A stretch of DNA of 64,000 nucleotides, taken from positions 124,001-188,000 of the IMG/VR virus record IMGVR_UViG_3300027747_002221; one strand, written 5' to 3'. This document shows, in pieces, positions 1 through 9,490 of this stretch (position 1 is the first letter of the stretch; every line of letters starts with the position of its first letter). The position numbers and the translations under genes are program-made. The notes below the pieces were generated by a model. The model was not told the origin of the DNA. It made no database searches and was given only the letters and a program-made list of their open reading frames with translations.

Positions 1-434
1 GGTTGAGAATTTTTGTCAGTTTTTACCACATAGGTATTATCCTGATTAACTAAAGCTTCCCCGCCGGAACTTTTAACAACATTATTTATGGATTTATCCT
101 GTGCTTGTCTAACCAATGATGCTACAGACGGAGAGGGTTTGCCCGCAAGTGTTCCTATAATTAACGGGCGTTGCATCTCCGATCCATCCATAAACCAACC
201 CACAACCCAAGTTCCTGGTACTATACCTACAGGTGCAGAACCTACTCCTGACGTTGCTGCAGATGTTATAGACTGCATAGGTAGGGCCCATGGTAAATCT
301 GAGGTAGGCAATGCTGTAGTATCCGCAGTATGATGACCGAATACTCTTACCCGGCATCTTCCTAGTTTTTCTGGATCGTCTCTATCCTCAACAACTCCAG
401 TCCACCAGACAAGCTCATTATTACCAAATATCAT
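1..434 (-). CDS. gp5: Baseplate hub/tail lysozyme gp5, N-terminal OB-fold part (runs off the window start)
   Basis: Manual translation from ATG at 434: MIFGNNELVWWTGVVEDRDDPEKLGRCRVRVFGHH...LPWA...GTWVVGWFMDG; classic gp5 N-terminus; ATGA overlap with the upstream gene. Not in the ORF track. Confidence 0.93.
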   Translation of the reverse strand, partial: MIFGNNELVWWTGVVEDRDDPEKLGRCRVRVFGHHTADTTALPTSDLPWALPMQSITSAATSGVGSAPVGIVPGTWVVGWFMDGSEMQRPLIIGTLAGKPSPSVASLVRQAQDKSINNVVKSSGGEALVNQDNTYVVKTDKNSQ

Positions 435-1774
435 TTTCTAGCCTTGTTATATTCTGTCTTTGAAAAAGAATCCTTAACCACATTCATAGTAATATAATGT
501 GTTTTTGGATTTATTTTATGAGATAAATTTGTTATTAGGTAATACCCGGTATATGCCTCATCTCGTTTTGAGGATGTTTTATCCTCGGATGTAGGTGCAC
601 CCGGTTCTCCTTTTGGAAAAATTATTTTTATAATGTTTCCTACTTCTACATCCGTTCTTCCGGGAATTACAATTTCCATTTTAAAATTATTTAATTCCAG
701 CAAATTTGATCTTCTATTACCAAACGTAACCTTTGGTATTTGATCAAAATTGTTTTCCACCTTAGTGAATAATTTAGGAGTACTATAATTAGTTTTTTGG
801 TATGAGTATGGATTTCTTAATATATTCTTATCAAACATTGGGTAGGAATCTTTACTATTTAGATGTGCGTATTTGTCAAATTCCTCGGGATGTTCATATT
901 CTTTTATCTCATATGTTTTGTTGTACACATCGATATCTACTAAAGAACTTGCAAGATATCCTAGTCTACTGTTGTCCAATTGATTTACTGCGGTTTCCAC
1001 AGATAAGGATTTTATCGCATACATAGCCTTGTGTTTTTCATCTACAGATAAAGTTTTTATATATGCCTCAGAATAAACATATTCACCTATTGAGAATGCC
1101 TCTAAATTGGATAATATACTATCCATACTACCAAAATAAAATCCTTTGGTAGTTTCCCAGAATAAAAAATTTGCAGCTTTTCCTGCAGATGGTAAGCATT
1201 TTCCTGCCAACCAATTAATACATTGGATTGGTGTCCACCCGGGACTAATAAATTTTAGTATATTTTTTGGATATTCTAAAAACGTTAAAGTAGTCTTTAT
1301 GCTAGGTCCTGTAATTATATTCCTATTAGCTTGTATGTAATCTATAAAAATATCGTTTATTACTTTTGATGGAGTTCCTTCAAAAGATTTGTATATGGGA
1401 TTTAACACATCATTAAATCCCTCAGTAGACATGATACCTAATTCATAAATTATTGTACTACTATCGTTCACATAATTTTTATTTTCTAATGAATATATTC
1501 TAAAAGTTTTATATATACTATCTTTGTCAGTTAAGCTGGGGGTTTTTACATTTATAAAAAGATATTCATCTCCTATTAATGGAAAAAGTGAGGTTAAATT
1601 TCTGCTATCAGATAAAATTATTGATCCTGTAACAATAGGATCGAATACGCTTTCATAAAGATTAATTTCTACAAGATAATCTAAAAGACTTATACTTATA
1701 CCTTTATTTAATGAAATTAACTTGATTTCATTTATTTCTATTTGCCCGGGGGCTTGTAATATTTCTTGAGACAT
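431..1774 (-). CDS. Baseplate hub/tail protein (gp27/GpD-like)
   Basis: 447 aa between gp53 and gp5; C-terminal IVIPGRTDVEVGNIIKIIFP...YTGYYLITNLSHKI resembles contractile-tail hub proteins. Confidence 0.6.
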   Translation of the reverse strand: MSQEILQAPGQIEINEIKLISLNKGISISLLDYLVEINLYESVFDPIVTGSIILSDSRNLTSLFPLIGDEYLFINVKTPSLTDKDSIYKTFRIYSLENKNYVNDSSTIIYELGIMSTEGFNDVLNPIYKSFEGTPSKVINDIFIDYIQANRNIITGPSIKTTLTFLEYPKNILKFISPGWTPIQCINWLAGKCLPSAGKAANFLFWETTKGFYFGSMDSILSNLEAFSIGEYVYSEAYIKTLSVDEKHKAMYAIKSLSVETAVNQLDNSRLGYLASSLVDIDVYNKTYEIKEYEHPEEFDKYAHLNSKDSYPMFDKNILRNPYSYQKTNYSTPKLFTKVENNFDQIPKVTFGNRRSNLLELNNFKMEIVIPGRTDVEVGNIIKIIFPKGEPGAPTSEDKTSSKRDEAYTGYYLITNLSHKINPKTHYITMNVVKDSFSKTEYNKARK

Positions 1775-2382
1775 TATTGATTTATTAATGCATTATAATC
1801 TGCAAGAACTCTCTCAACAATAGGTGCCTTTAAGATTTTAATTAATCTATAACTCTCATTAGTTAATTCCTCTACCTCATAATTACTTTGAAAATCTGTT
1901 CCTATTTCCGATTCTTTATATGCAATGGGTGTATTAATACCACCATCATCGGGAGTTTCTATGATTAATCTTTTTGGATTTTTGTGTGTAGAGTCTTCCA
2001 ATAAAACAAAGAATGTGTCGACCTGATATCCTTTTGCATTTACCGCTCTATTAGTAGTAAAAATATCTCTTTCGGTGCCATACTTACTTTGTGTTTGTTT
2101 TATTAAATTATCCTGACTAAGAGGCCATTCAAATCTAGGATCTATAATATTATTCGTTAGTAATATTAACCAATGCAAATTAGGTGTGCCATAAAATCTA
2201 AAAGATAATTGTTCGGGGGTTTCCCCACCCAACACCTCATAAGTTTCAAAATAGGAATTGTTATCCTGAAATTCTTTAGATAAAATTGCTCTCTTAAATA
2301 TATCCTGTATTACCTGTTCGGACTGATTATCATCTAAGGTATAAGCAATTCTCGGAAAGTTCTCAAAAAAATTAGTAGCCAT
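1774..2382 (-). CDS. gp53: Baseplate wedge subunit gp53
   Basis: FFENFPRIAY; GETPEQLSFRFYGTPNLHWLILLTNNIIDPRFEWPLS. Confidence 0.9.
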   Translation of the reverse strand: MATNFFENFPRIAYTLDDNQSEQVIQDIFKRAILSKEFQDNNSYFETYEVLGGETPEQLSFRFYGTPNLHWLILLTNNIIDPRFEWPLSQDNLIKQTQSKYGTERDIFTTNRAVNAKGYQVDTFFVLLEDSTHKNPKRLIIETPDDGGINTPIAYKESEIGTDFQSNYEVEELTNESYRLIKILKAPIVERVLADYNALINQ

Positions 2383-3496
2383 TTGCTTGTATTCCTTCAG
2401 ATGTCATCTGTTCTAATTCTTGAAACTTAAGAGACATTCCGATTTCAATAGGAGCACCATCAGGAAATGTTACAAATTGGTCCCCGCCATAATCAACAAC
2501 TAGATCTGTTAAGGCGCATCTGGCAAATTTATGTAAATAATTATTTTCTTTATCTTTATAGTAATACTTTATATCAAATTCAGAAGGATATATGTAAAAA
2601 AATTTAGTTGCGGAAAGTTCTGGATGCATATGTTTTTTAAATGTGGCTATAATATTTTTTACCTTGTCAGTTTCTTGAGGGGTTTTTGGTAAAAATCTAT
2701 AATTAAATTGAAATGTTCTATAATTAACAGATTCAAATAACACTTCTCTAAATGGATTCGTTTTTGTTCTAGAACTTAATTCTAATAAATCAGAAATAAC
2801 TCCTCCTCCTCCAGATTTTAATGTAGGAATTTTAGCTATTTCCGCAAGTGCTCTTGCCCGCGTTTCAGCATCCCCTAGACTTTCAAGTTTTGTTTTAGCA
2901 GAACTTTGAATTAATATGCCTGCTATGGCACCTATATCTTTATTAGTATAGTTTACTCCATATTGAACCACGGGTTTTTCTGATACATGTAATGTAATTA
3001 CATCAGTAAGTCTAGATGTACTACCTGATTTAAAAGCAGGTAAATCTATTGCTTGTACTATTTCAGATATAGCTGCCCCTGCAACCCCTGCGCCTATGGT
3101 TTTTAACACCAGACCTTTCCAATCTCTAACCTTAGACCCGCTTCCAATTGCAACAGCAGCAGCGGTTCCCGCTGCAATAGTTCCTGCATTATCTAATACG
3201 TTTTGGCCTCCAGAAAAAATTTGATCTTGTGCTAACCTAGAACCACGATTATTTAATGCGTTTATTTCTTTTTGTTTGGCGTCGCTTACGAAAAATGATC
3301 GTTGCTCGTTATTCTTTCCAGTTTTTGCTTTATCTCTAGTATTGATAAAAAATGCAACATAGTTTTGTAAATCTGGTTTTTCCCGCAGACCTTCTGGATA
3401 CTCTAACGCACCAACATTATAATCTGTTAGATATTGATTTTTAAAATTTTTTGTTATGTAATCTTCTATTTCAGATGCGCTACCTAAATTAGACAT
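2372..3496 (-). CDS. gp48: Baseplate tail-tube cap gp48
   Basis: NPFREVLFESVNYRTFQFNYRFLPK...YPSEFDIKY...CALTDLVVDY. Confidence 0.88.
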   Translation of the reverse strand: MSNLGSASEIEDYITKNFKNQYLTDYNVGALEYPEGLREKPDLQNYVAFFINTRDKAKTGKNNEQRSFFVSDAKQKEINALNNRGSRLAQDQIFSGGQNVLDNAGTIAAGTAAAVAIGSGSKVRDWKGLVLKTIGAGVAGAAISEIVQAIDLPAFKSGSTSRLTDVITLHVSEKPVVQYGVNYTNKDIGAIAGILIQSSAKTKLESLGDAETRARALAEIAKIPTLKSGGGGVISDLLELSSRTKTNPFREVLFESVNYRTFQFNYRFLPKTPQETDKVKNIIATFKKHMHPELSATKFFYIYPSEFDIKYYYKDKENNYLHKFARCALTDLVVDYGGDQFVTFPDGAPIEIGMSLKFQELEQMTSEGIQANGY

Positions 3497-3505
3497 ATAT
3501 TTCTT

Positions 3506-3513
3506 TATAAATA
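3506..3513 (+). promoter_or_regulatory. T4-type late promoter TATAAATA for gp4/gp2/gp54/gp26
   Basis: Exact TATAAATA 28 nt upstream of the gp4 start. Confidence 0.8.
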
Positions 3514-3528
3514 TTGTTGGGACACTAT

Positions 3529-3536
3529 TATTTATA
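3529..3536 (-). promoter_or_regulatory. T4-type late promoter TATAAATA for gp48/gp53/hub/gp5
   Basis: tatttata on the plus strand, just upstream of gp48; paired with the 3506 promoter in the same 45-nt intergenic gap. Confidence 0.8.
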
Positions 3537-3540
3537 TTAA

Positions 3541-3999
3541 ATGCTATATACCAAAACCTATAAGGGTAAGTTTAGAACCAAGAATCCTTCGAAATATAGA
3601 GGGGATGTGAACAATATTGTATATCGTTCCTTATGGGAATTGCGTTTTATGAAATGGTGTGATTCAAATTCTTCTGTTCAAGAATGGGGATCTGAAACGG
3701 TAATTGTGCCATATATTTCTCCATTGGATAAAAAAGTGCACAGATATTTTGTAGATTTCTACATCAAAGTATTGGATAAAACTGGAGGATTACAGAAATA
3801 CCTAATAGAAATAAAACCTGAAAGATTCACTAAACCCCCAACTATCCCTGCAAGGAAAACAAAAGCATTCATAGATGAAGTATTTCAATATGGTGTAAAT
3901 GAAGCTAAATGGAAAGCAGCATTCGAATTTTGTCAGGACAGAAATATGAAATTTATGGTATTAACCGAAAAGGATTTAGGACTAATTAATGGCAGATAA
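3541..3999 (+). CDS. gp4: Head completion protein gp4
   Basis: YRSLWELRFMKWCD...WGSETVIVPYISPLD...HRYFVDF...IEIKP. Confidence 0.93.
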   Translation: MLYTKTYKGKFRTKNPSKYRGDVNNIVYRSLWELRFMKWCDSNSSVQEWGSETVIVPYISPLDKKVHRYFVDFYIKVLDKTGGLQKYLIEIKPERFTKPPTIPARKTKAFIDEVFQYGVNEAKWKAAFEFCQDRNMKFMVLTEKDLGLINGR

Positions 4000-4570
4000 T
4001 ATATTCCAAACTGTTAGTATGAAAGCAGGTGACACTGAAAAGTCATACAATTGGTATAGAGAACAAGTTAAAAATCTTGGATCTAACTTATCCGGTACTC
4101 AAATACTAAGAAATGAAAAATTAACTTCAAGAATACGCCCAGGTGAAATGTACTTGTTTATGTACGATCCAAAACTTAAAAAGACTTTGCCCTATTATGA
4201 CGCGGTTCCCTTAGTATTACCTTTTCAAATTGTAAAAGATGGGTTTCTAGGTATTAACCTTCACTATCTACCGTATCTTGCAAGATTCAATCTATTGGGC
4301 GAATTAAACAAATTGACATTAGATAAAAGAATAACTGAAAATACAAGAATACAAATATCCTGGCAAATACTAAATAGTTCATCTAAGTATTTAGCAGCAA
4401 CTGCCTGTGTTAAACATTACTTAACCTCACATTTAAGATCAAGATTTTTAAAAATAAATTATACAGATTGGATCACTGCATCTATGTTACCTGTTGAAAG
4501 ATTTAAATCTGATTCAGGAAACGATCCGTCAAAGGCAAAAGTTTGGCGGGACACTTCGAAGAAAATATAG
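3989..4570 (+). CDS. gp2: DNA end protector gp2
   Basis: PGEMYLFMYDPKLKKTLPYYDAVPLV...GFLGINLHYLP. Confidence 0.92.
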   Translation: MADNIFQTVSMKAGDTEKSYNWYREQVKNLGSNLSGTQILRNEKLTSRIRPGEMYLFMYDPKLKKTLPYYDAVPLVLPFQIVKDGFLGINLHYLPYLARFNLLGELNKLTLDKRITENTRIQISWQILNSSSKYLAATACVKHYLTSHLRSRFLKINYTDWITASMLPVERFKSDSGNDPSKAKVWRDTSKKI

Positions 4571-4579
4571 GTAACAATA

Positions 4580-5230
4580 ATGCCATCAGCTTTAGAAAAT
4601 TTTATTTCTCAGATACGTACTTCCGGTGTTGCGCGCCCTAATAGATTTTCTGTTGAAATCTATGCACCACCCTGTATGACCAACTCAAAATTAGATGGAG
4701 TAAGTGCAATACCGCAATTAATTAATTTATATTGTCAGACTGCATCTTTTCCTGGCCAAAATATTGGCGTGAAAGATTTAAGAATAACTGGTCCAACATA
4801 TAAAAGACCAGTTAATATAGATTACGGTGGAGAGGGAATTACCCTTACTTTTTTAGTAGATGGTAAATTTAATGTAAAATCTTTTTTTGATGTATGGATG
4901 CACAAAATAATAGATCCATTTCAATTTCATGCAAATTACGATCATGAAGATACTTCATATACCACAAGTATAGTAATTAATCAAATTAATGAAGTGAAAT
5001 TCCCTGTTGCTAGAGGGACGAGAATCCTTGAGACGACTCTTGAGACACAACCTTATCGGATTGTACTCGAAAATGCTTTTCCTAGAAATATAGGAATGAT
5101 GGAATTGGATCAAAGTTCTCAAAGCACTGCTCATAAAATGAGTGTAACATTTGCTTATAGAAAATTAATTCAGGGAAGTCCAATAACTAAATCTGTAGAA
5201 TATAGTCCAATTGAACCGAATCTACAATAA
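4580..5230 (+). CDS. gp54: Baseplate tail-tube initiator gp54 (gp19-fold)
   Basis: GVARPNRFSVEI...LYCQTASFPG...ITLTFLVD...FFDVWM...AFPRNIG...VTFAYR. Confidence 0.75.
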   Translation: MPSALENFISQIRTSGVARPNRFSVEIYAPPCMTNSKLDGVSAIPQLINLYCQTASFPGQNIGVKDLRITGPTYKRPVNIDYGGEGITLTFLVDGKFNVKSFFDVWMHKIIDPFQFHANYDHEDTSYTTSIVINQINEVKFPVARGTRILETTLETQPYRIVLENAFPRNIGMMELDQSSQSTAHKMSVTFAYRKLIQGSPITKSVEYSPIEPNLQ

Positions 5231-5245
5231 CAAACAAGGAATATT

Positions 5246-5938
5246 ATGTCTTTACCAAAATTACAAACACCTACATATGAATTGATTTTACCTTCTACTG
5301 GGGATAAAATAAAATTTAGACCCTTTCTTGTAAAAGAATATAAAATACTATTAACAACTTTAGATTCGGAAAATGAAGAAATAAATCGAGTGGTTACGGA
5401 ATTGGTTGATGCCTGTACATTCAACAAATTAAAAATAGACGCACTTGCAAATTTTGATATCGAATATATCTTTTTAAATATAAGAGCAAAATCGATAGGA
5501 GAGATTACTAATCTCTTATTAAATTGTAATAATTGTGATAATCAAATATCGTTTGATTTAAATTTAACAAAAGCCGAAGTCGAAAAATCTCCAGAACACA
5601 GTTCAAAAATTAATTTAACTGATAAAATTATTATTGAAATGAGATATCCTAAATTTGATGAAATGATTGATATCTATCAAAATTTTAAATCTGACAGGAT
5701 AGTCGAATTATTAAGTAAATGTATAAAAGCCGTATACACCGAAGATACTGTATATGAAGAGTATACTAAAGAAGAGCTATTGGAATTTGTAAACTCTTTC
5801 TCAAAAAATCAGTTTGAGATGATAGAAAACTTCTTTTTAACTATGCCGAAATTGGTTCAGAATATAGAACAGGATTGTAACGAATGCGGCGCACATAATG
5901 AATTAAAACTTGAGGGTTTGCAGAATTTTTTCGTCTGA
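5246..5938 (+). CDS. gp26: Baseplate hub assembly protein gp26
   Basis: MSLPKLQTPTYELILPSTGDKIKFRPFLVKE...FDIEYIFLNIRAKSIGE; two CxxC motifs; ends EGLQNFFV. Confidence 0.92.
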   Translation: MSLPKLQTPTYELILPSTGDKIKFRPFLVKEYKILLTTLDSENEEINRVVTELVDACTFNKLKIDALANFDIEYIFLNIRAKSIGEITNLLLNCNNCDNQISFDLNLTKAEVEKSPEHSSKINLTDKIIIEMRYPKFDEMIDIYQNFKSDRIVELLSKCIKAVYTEDTVYEEYTKEELLEFVNSFSKNQFEMIENFFLTMPKLVQNIEQDCNECGAHNELKLEGLQNFFV

Positions 5939-6129
5939 CCCTTTCCCATGAGGGGTTGTTAAATTATTTTACGCTAAATTCTACTATGATAACCAAATAT
6001 AATTATTCTCTTACAGAAATAGAAGATATGATACCATGGGAAAGAGACACTTATATATCATTAATTATTACACAAATCAACGAAGAAAACGAAAAGATAA
6101 AACAAAGAAATTTCAGGGATAATCTATAA
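5932..6129 (+). CDS. gp51: gp51-like baseplate hub assembly module (ATG at 5986, or reached by -1 frameshift from gp26)
   Basis: Manual translation: RLTLSHEGLLNYFTLNSTMITKYNYSLTEIEDMIPWERDTYISLI...; YSLTEIE.MIPWERD motif; not in the ORF track. Confidence 0.85.
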   Translation, partial: RLTLSHEGLLNYFTLNSTMITKYNYSLTEIEDMIPWERDTYISLIITQINEENEKIKQRNFRDNL

Positions 6130-8036
6130 TGCTACCAACAAATCCACAATCTATGTCTACTGCCGACAAATCTATTTTAGAAAATTTGAGAGAGCAAGGC
6201 GCACAAATAGATAGACAAACTAGAGTAATGGAAAAACTTGTTGACAGAATTGCAAGGATGATGACTGCTGAAGAAAGAGTGGAAAAGAAAACTAAAAAGA
6301 AAGATAATAGAATTGAAGGTGATACTAAAATAAAAGATGTGCCCGGTTTACTTATAGATAATCTAGCAGATAAAATAGAGGATTCTATTACTAAACAATT
6401 TCTTAAAATTAAGGATAGTTTTAAAAAAGAAAAACAAGAACCTATAGATAGATCGCAGGAACCTGCGTTAACGGAAAAAGAAAAAGAAAAAAAACCAAAA
6501 GATGAAACTGATACTTTAAGAACCATACTAAATAGTATGGTTAGTAATTCTAAATATCAGGAACAGATGACGGAAAATTCTAAAGCATTACAATCTATTG
6601 CAGACAAAACTCTTACTAATGTAGACAATCTAAATGATAATTTAAAAAATATAGAACAACCTGAAGCAAATACTACTGAAAAAGAAAATAAAACTGAAGA
6701 AAAAAATAATAAAAAAGAAGGCAAATTAAATAACAATCAGAAATTAGCTATTGCCATAGGCGCTTCTATAGCTGCGGCATTAAAACCTCAATTTGATACG
6801 TTAGGTAAAACTTTGAAAGAAGCGTTGGAACAGGGTTTTGCAAATTTAGCGTCTTCTATAGATAATATGAGCGGCATGAGTGGCCCTGGAGTAGATATTC
6901 CCCTGGGAGGACCAGACGGCAAGGATGACAAGGGTGGCAAGGGTGGCAAGGGTGGCAAGGGTGGCAAGCTACCAAACCTTATGGATAAGCCAGGGCTCTC
7001 CAGACTCTTCCGGGACCCCCGCACTGCATTAGCTACTGCTGTGGTAGGATCAATAGTTGCAGCCGACCAGTCTAAACCTGAAACAGATGCGTACTTTGAA
7101 GAACAAAGGAAGAAAAAAGAAGCGGAAGAAGCAGCAGCTAAAGCAAGCAGATCTGCCGAGGGCAAAGTGACACAGCGCAAGGAAATTGGCGCGCCCACAA
7201 ATACACTTACACCCAAACAAATTAACGAGCTTAATGAAAAAATTAAAGATGGCACAAATACAAATATAGATAAAGATGGTAAAGTAGTTAGACAAGCGGC
7301 GCCTGCTCCAGTAATTAGCCTAGATAAGATAACCCCGGTCGCGTCCGAAAAAAAGCTAAAAGCTGAAGTTAAGAAAGACGACACGCCAGCTATTGTGGGA
7401 GATTTAAACAGGGTACTCGATATTGACGCCCCAACAAAGCGGCATCCGCTTGCTAACAAACTTGACCAAACAGCTGCAGAGCTTAATATTAACCAAAATG
7501 AAAGCACTTTTAACGATCAAATGAAAAATGATAGCAGGGCGCAAGCAAAGGCATTATCTGCTAAAAAACGAGAAGAAAATGAAAGACTAAAAGCTGCTGA
7601 GAAGATTGATCCGAAAGCTTTAGAATGGGCGAAAAAACGCTATAAAGATCCAAATTTGAGTGATCCTGGATACCTATCTCAAGAAAAAAATAAATCGATA
7701 TTAGAGTGGCTTCAGCAAGAGAAGAATCAAGATTATATCAAACAAAACCCAAATTATAATTTAGAACCAAAGGTGGCTCCGGAAAAGAAATCTGGGGTCA
7801 ACCAACAGAAAAATGATAAAATGGGAATGCTTAACGAAGTAACCGACACAAAAATGGCATTGGCAGACAGTAAAAAAGAACAGCCAATCATTATTACTAA
7901 TAATAATACTAATACCGGGGGTGGTTCAGATCCTGCTCCTATTGGTTTTGGATCCGCTTCGCCGAGAAATACATCTACAGCAATAAATGATTATTTTAGA
8001 AATAATGGTAGGCTACACGATGCTGCTTACGGATAA
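6129..8036 (+). CDS. gp29-like baseplate hub/tape-measure protein
   Basis: 635 aa, helical and low-complexity, directly after gp26/gp51; call rests mainly on synteny. Confidence 0.5.
   Translation: MLPTNPQSMSTADKSILENLREQGAQIDRQTRVMEKLVDRIARMMTAEERVEKKTKKKDNRIEGDTKIKDVPGLLIDNLADKIEDSITKQFLKIKDSFKKEKQEPIDRSQEPALTEKEKEKKPKDETDTLRTILNSMVSNSKYQEQMTENSKALQSIADKTLTNVDNLNDNLKNIEQPEANTTEKENKTEEKNNKKEGKLNNNQKLAIAIGASIAAALKPQFDTLGKTLKEALEQGFANLASSIDNMSGMSGPGVDIPLGGPDGKDDKGGKGGKGGKGGKLPNLMDKPGLSRLFRDPRTALATAVVGSIVAADQSKPETDAYFEEQRKKKEAEEAAAKASRSAEGKVTQRKEIGAPTNTLTPKQINELNEKIKDGTNTNIDKDGKVVRQAAPAPVISLDKITPVASEKKLKAEVKKDDTPAIVGDLNRVLDIDAPTKRHPLANKLDQTAAELNINQNESTFNDQMKNDSRAQAKALSAKKREENERLKAAEKIDPKALEWAKKRYKDPNLSDPGYLSQEKNKSILEWLQQEKNQDYIKQNPNYNLEPKVAPEKKSGVNQQKNDKMGMLNEVTDTKMALADSKKEQPIIITNNNTNTGGGSDPAPIGFGSASPRNTSTAINDYFRNNGRLHDAAYG
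6930..6968 (+). repeat. In-frame 9-bp tandem repeat (AAGGGTGGC)x4 encoding (KGG)4
   Basis: Four exact copies plus AAG read directly. Confidence 0.95.
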
Positions 8037-8042
8037 GTAAAA

Positions 8043-8060
8043 ACCCCGCCGAAGCGGGGT
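8043..8060 (-). terminator. Intrinsic terminator with cUUCGg loop between the convergent gp29-like gene and gp32
   Basis: Minus strand ACCCCGC-TTCG-GCGGGGT followed by TTTT. Confidence 0.88.
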
Positions 8061-8079
8061 CTAATTAAAAGAAGATATT

Positions 8080-9009
8080 TTAATCTTCTGCTAATTTTGC
8101 GAAGTAAGATAAAGACTCATCATCATCTTCAAAATCTACTTCTTTAGCAGGCGCCTTAACGGGCGCTTTTTCTGCCTTTGGAGATAGGCTTGGCTTTGGA
8201 GCTGATACTTGTTCGTCAAGATCAATCTCTTCAGCACGCTTACCCGGAACAGCTCCGGCACTTAATCCCATAACCATTTCGAATTTCTTCTTTAATTCGT
8301 CATAGGATTTAAAGTGTTTCTCATCCAAAAACTGTGTCAATGAATGTTGCTTAGACCAGATTTTCTCAATGTCAGCATCATCTTCAGCAATGTTGCTTGT
8401 TGCTTCAAATTCTGACTTATCATAATTACGATAACCTTCAACCTGACGAATCTTCAACTTGAAGTTTGCGCCTTCCCAAAAATCAAACACATTAATAGGT
8501 TTTTCATCTTGGAATTGTGGTTCAGCCATGTCCTTAATCTTATCAAAGATCTTCTTACCAAATTTATAAAGGAATACTTTACCTTCATTCTCTGGATGAG
8601 CAGGATCCTTAACAATAAGGATGTTGGTTGTGTAGCTTAGCTTACGCTTTTGTTTGCGAGCAATTTCTTTATTTGCTTCAGAACCAGAGTTCCATAGTTC
8701 TGTGTTATGTTCAGAAACAGGATCTGCTTTACCTATAGAAGTTAAGGAATTTTCGATGTACCATTTTCCTCCTGGACCTTGGAATCCATGATTCCAAACT
8801 CTAACCCAGGGCAAGTCTTCGCCTTTAGGTGCAGGTAAAAATCGTAAGACAGCATAACCGTTGCCTGCCTTGTCTACTTCTGGAGACCAGAAGCGATCAT
8901 CAGCGCCACGAGATTCTGCTTGGGGGTTTGCGATCTTTTCTACCTCTTTCATGAGGGAGTCAAATCCGCCGCGGGATTTTCTTAGATCAGATAGTGATGT
9001 GAATGCCAT
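8080..9009 (-). CDS. gp32: Single-stranded DNA-binding protein gp32
   Basis: DDRFWSPEVDKAGNGYAVLRFLP...WYIENSLTSIG...FLYKFGKKIFDKI...GANFKLKI; acidic C-tail. Confidence 0.96.
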   Translation of the reverse strand: MAFTSLSDLRKSRGGFDSLMKEVEKIANPQAESRGADDRFWSPEVDKAGNGYAVLRFLPAPKGEDLPWVRVWNHGFQGPGGKWYIENSLTSIGKADPVSEHNTELWNSGSEANKEIARKQKRKLSYTTNILIVKDPAHPENEGKVFLYKFGKKIFDKIKDMAEPQFQDEKPINVFDFWEGANFKLKIRQVEGYRNYDKSEFEATSNIAEDDADIEKIWSKQHSLTQFLDEKHFKSYDELKKKFEMVMGLSAGAVPGKRAEEIDLDEQVSAPKPSLSPKAEKAPVKAPAKEVDFEDDDESLSYFAKLAED

Positions 9010-9053
9010 AATTTGCCTTTCGTATTAGCGGTGTATAAATTGTATGTTTAGTA

Positions 9054-9242
9054 TTAACGTCGTTTGATTTTGAGTACTGTCGCGTAATCATAATCTAACT
9101 CTCCATTGTCATCATCTAATTTCTTAGCTGATGCAATATTATATATAAGATTCTTATGCTTGTCTATAGCATTTTTCTTCTTAATTGCCCGAAACTTTGT
9201 TTCTTTTTCCCGTTCGGTTTCATTATATCTTTTCTTACTCAT
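9054..9242 (-). CDS. Hypothetical small protein
   Basis: 62-aa ORF co-oriented in the operon. Confidence 0.6.
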   Translation of the reverse strand: MSKKRYNETEREKETKFRAIKKKNAIDKHKNLIYNIASAKKLDDDNGELDYDYATVLKIKRR

Positions 9243-9265
9243 TTGAATTTTTTAATAAACTCCTA

Positions 9266-9490
9266 TTAATTATCTTTCTCTGACGAGACTGCAATGAATG
9301 GCCAATGAGAGACCTTGCGTGTAACGTCTGCCTGATTGTATGCCAATTTTACCAGATACCTTTGAGTCTCTTTTAATGACTCAATAGTCTGTCCTAATAT
9401 TTCTCTTGTCACTTCAATCTCTTTCTCAAGACGCAGAATCTTCTGCGATGTTATGTCCAACTCTTCGTCTAAGTATTCCATTAAACTTTT
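9266..9490 (-). CDS. Hypothetical coiled-coil protein
   Basis: ORF-track 9266..9499; MEYLDEELD start is more likely; co-oriented. Confidence 0.55.
   Translation of the reverse strand, partial: KSLMEYLDEELDITSQKILRLEKEIEVTREILGQTIESLKETQRYLVKLAYNQADVTRKVSHWPFIAVSSEKDN

Noticed and set aside
88-357. ORF-track ORFs 88..333 (+) and 109..357 (-)
   Set aside because: They overlap the true gp5 frame (minus strand from 434), which the track missed because it runs off the window.
6113-7507. Minus-strand ORFs 6113..6526 and 6788..7507
   Set aside because: They are antisense shadows of the Lys/Glu-rich gp29-like gene.
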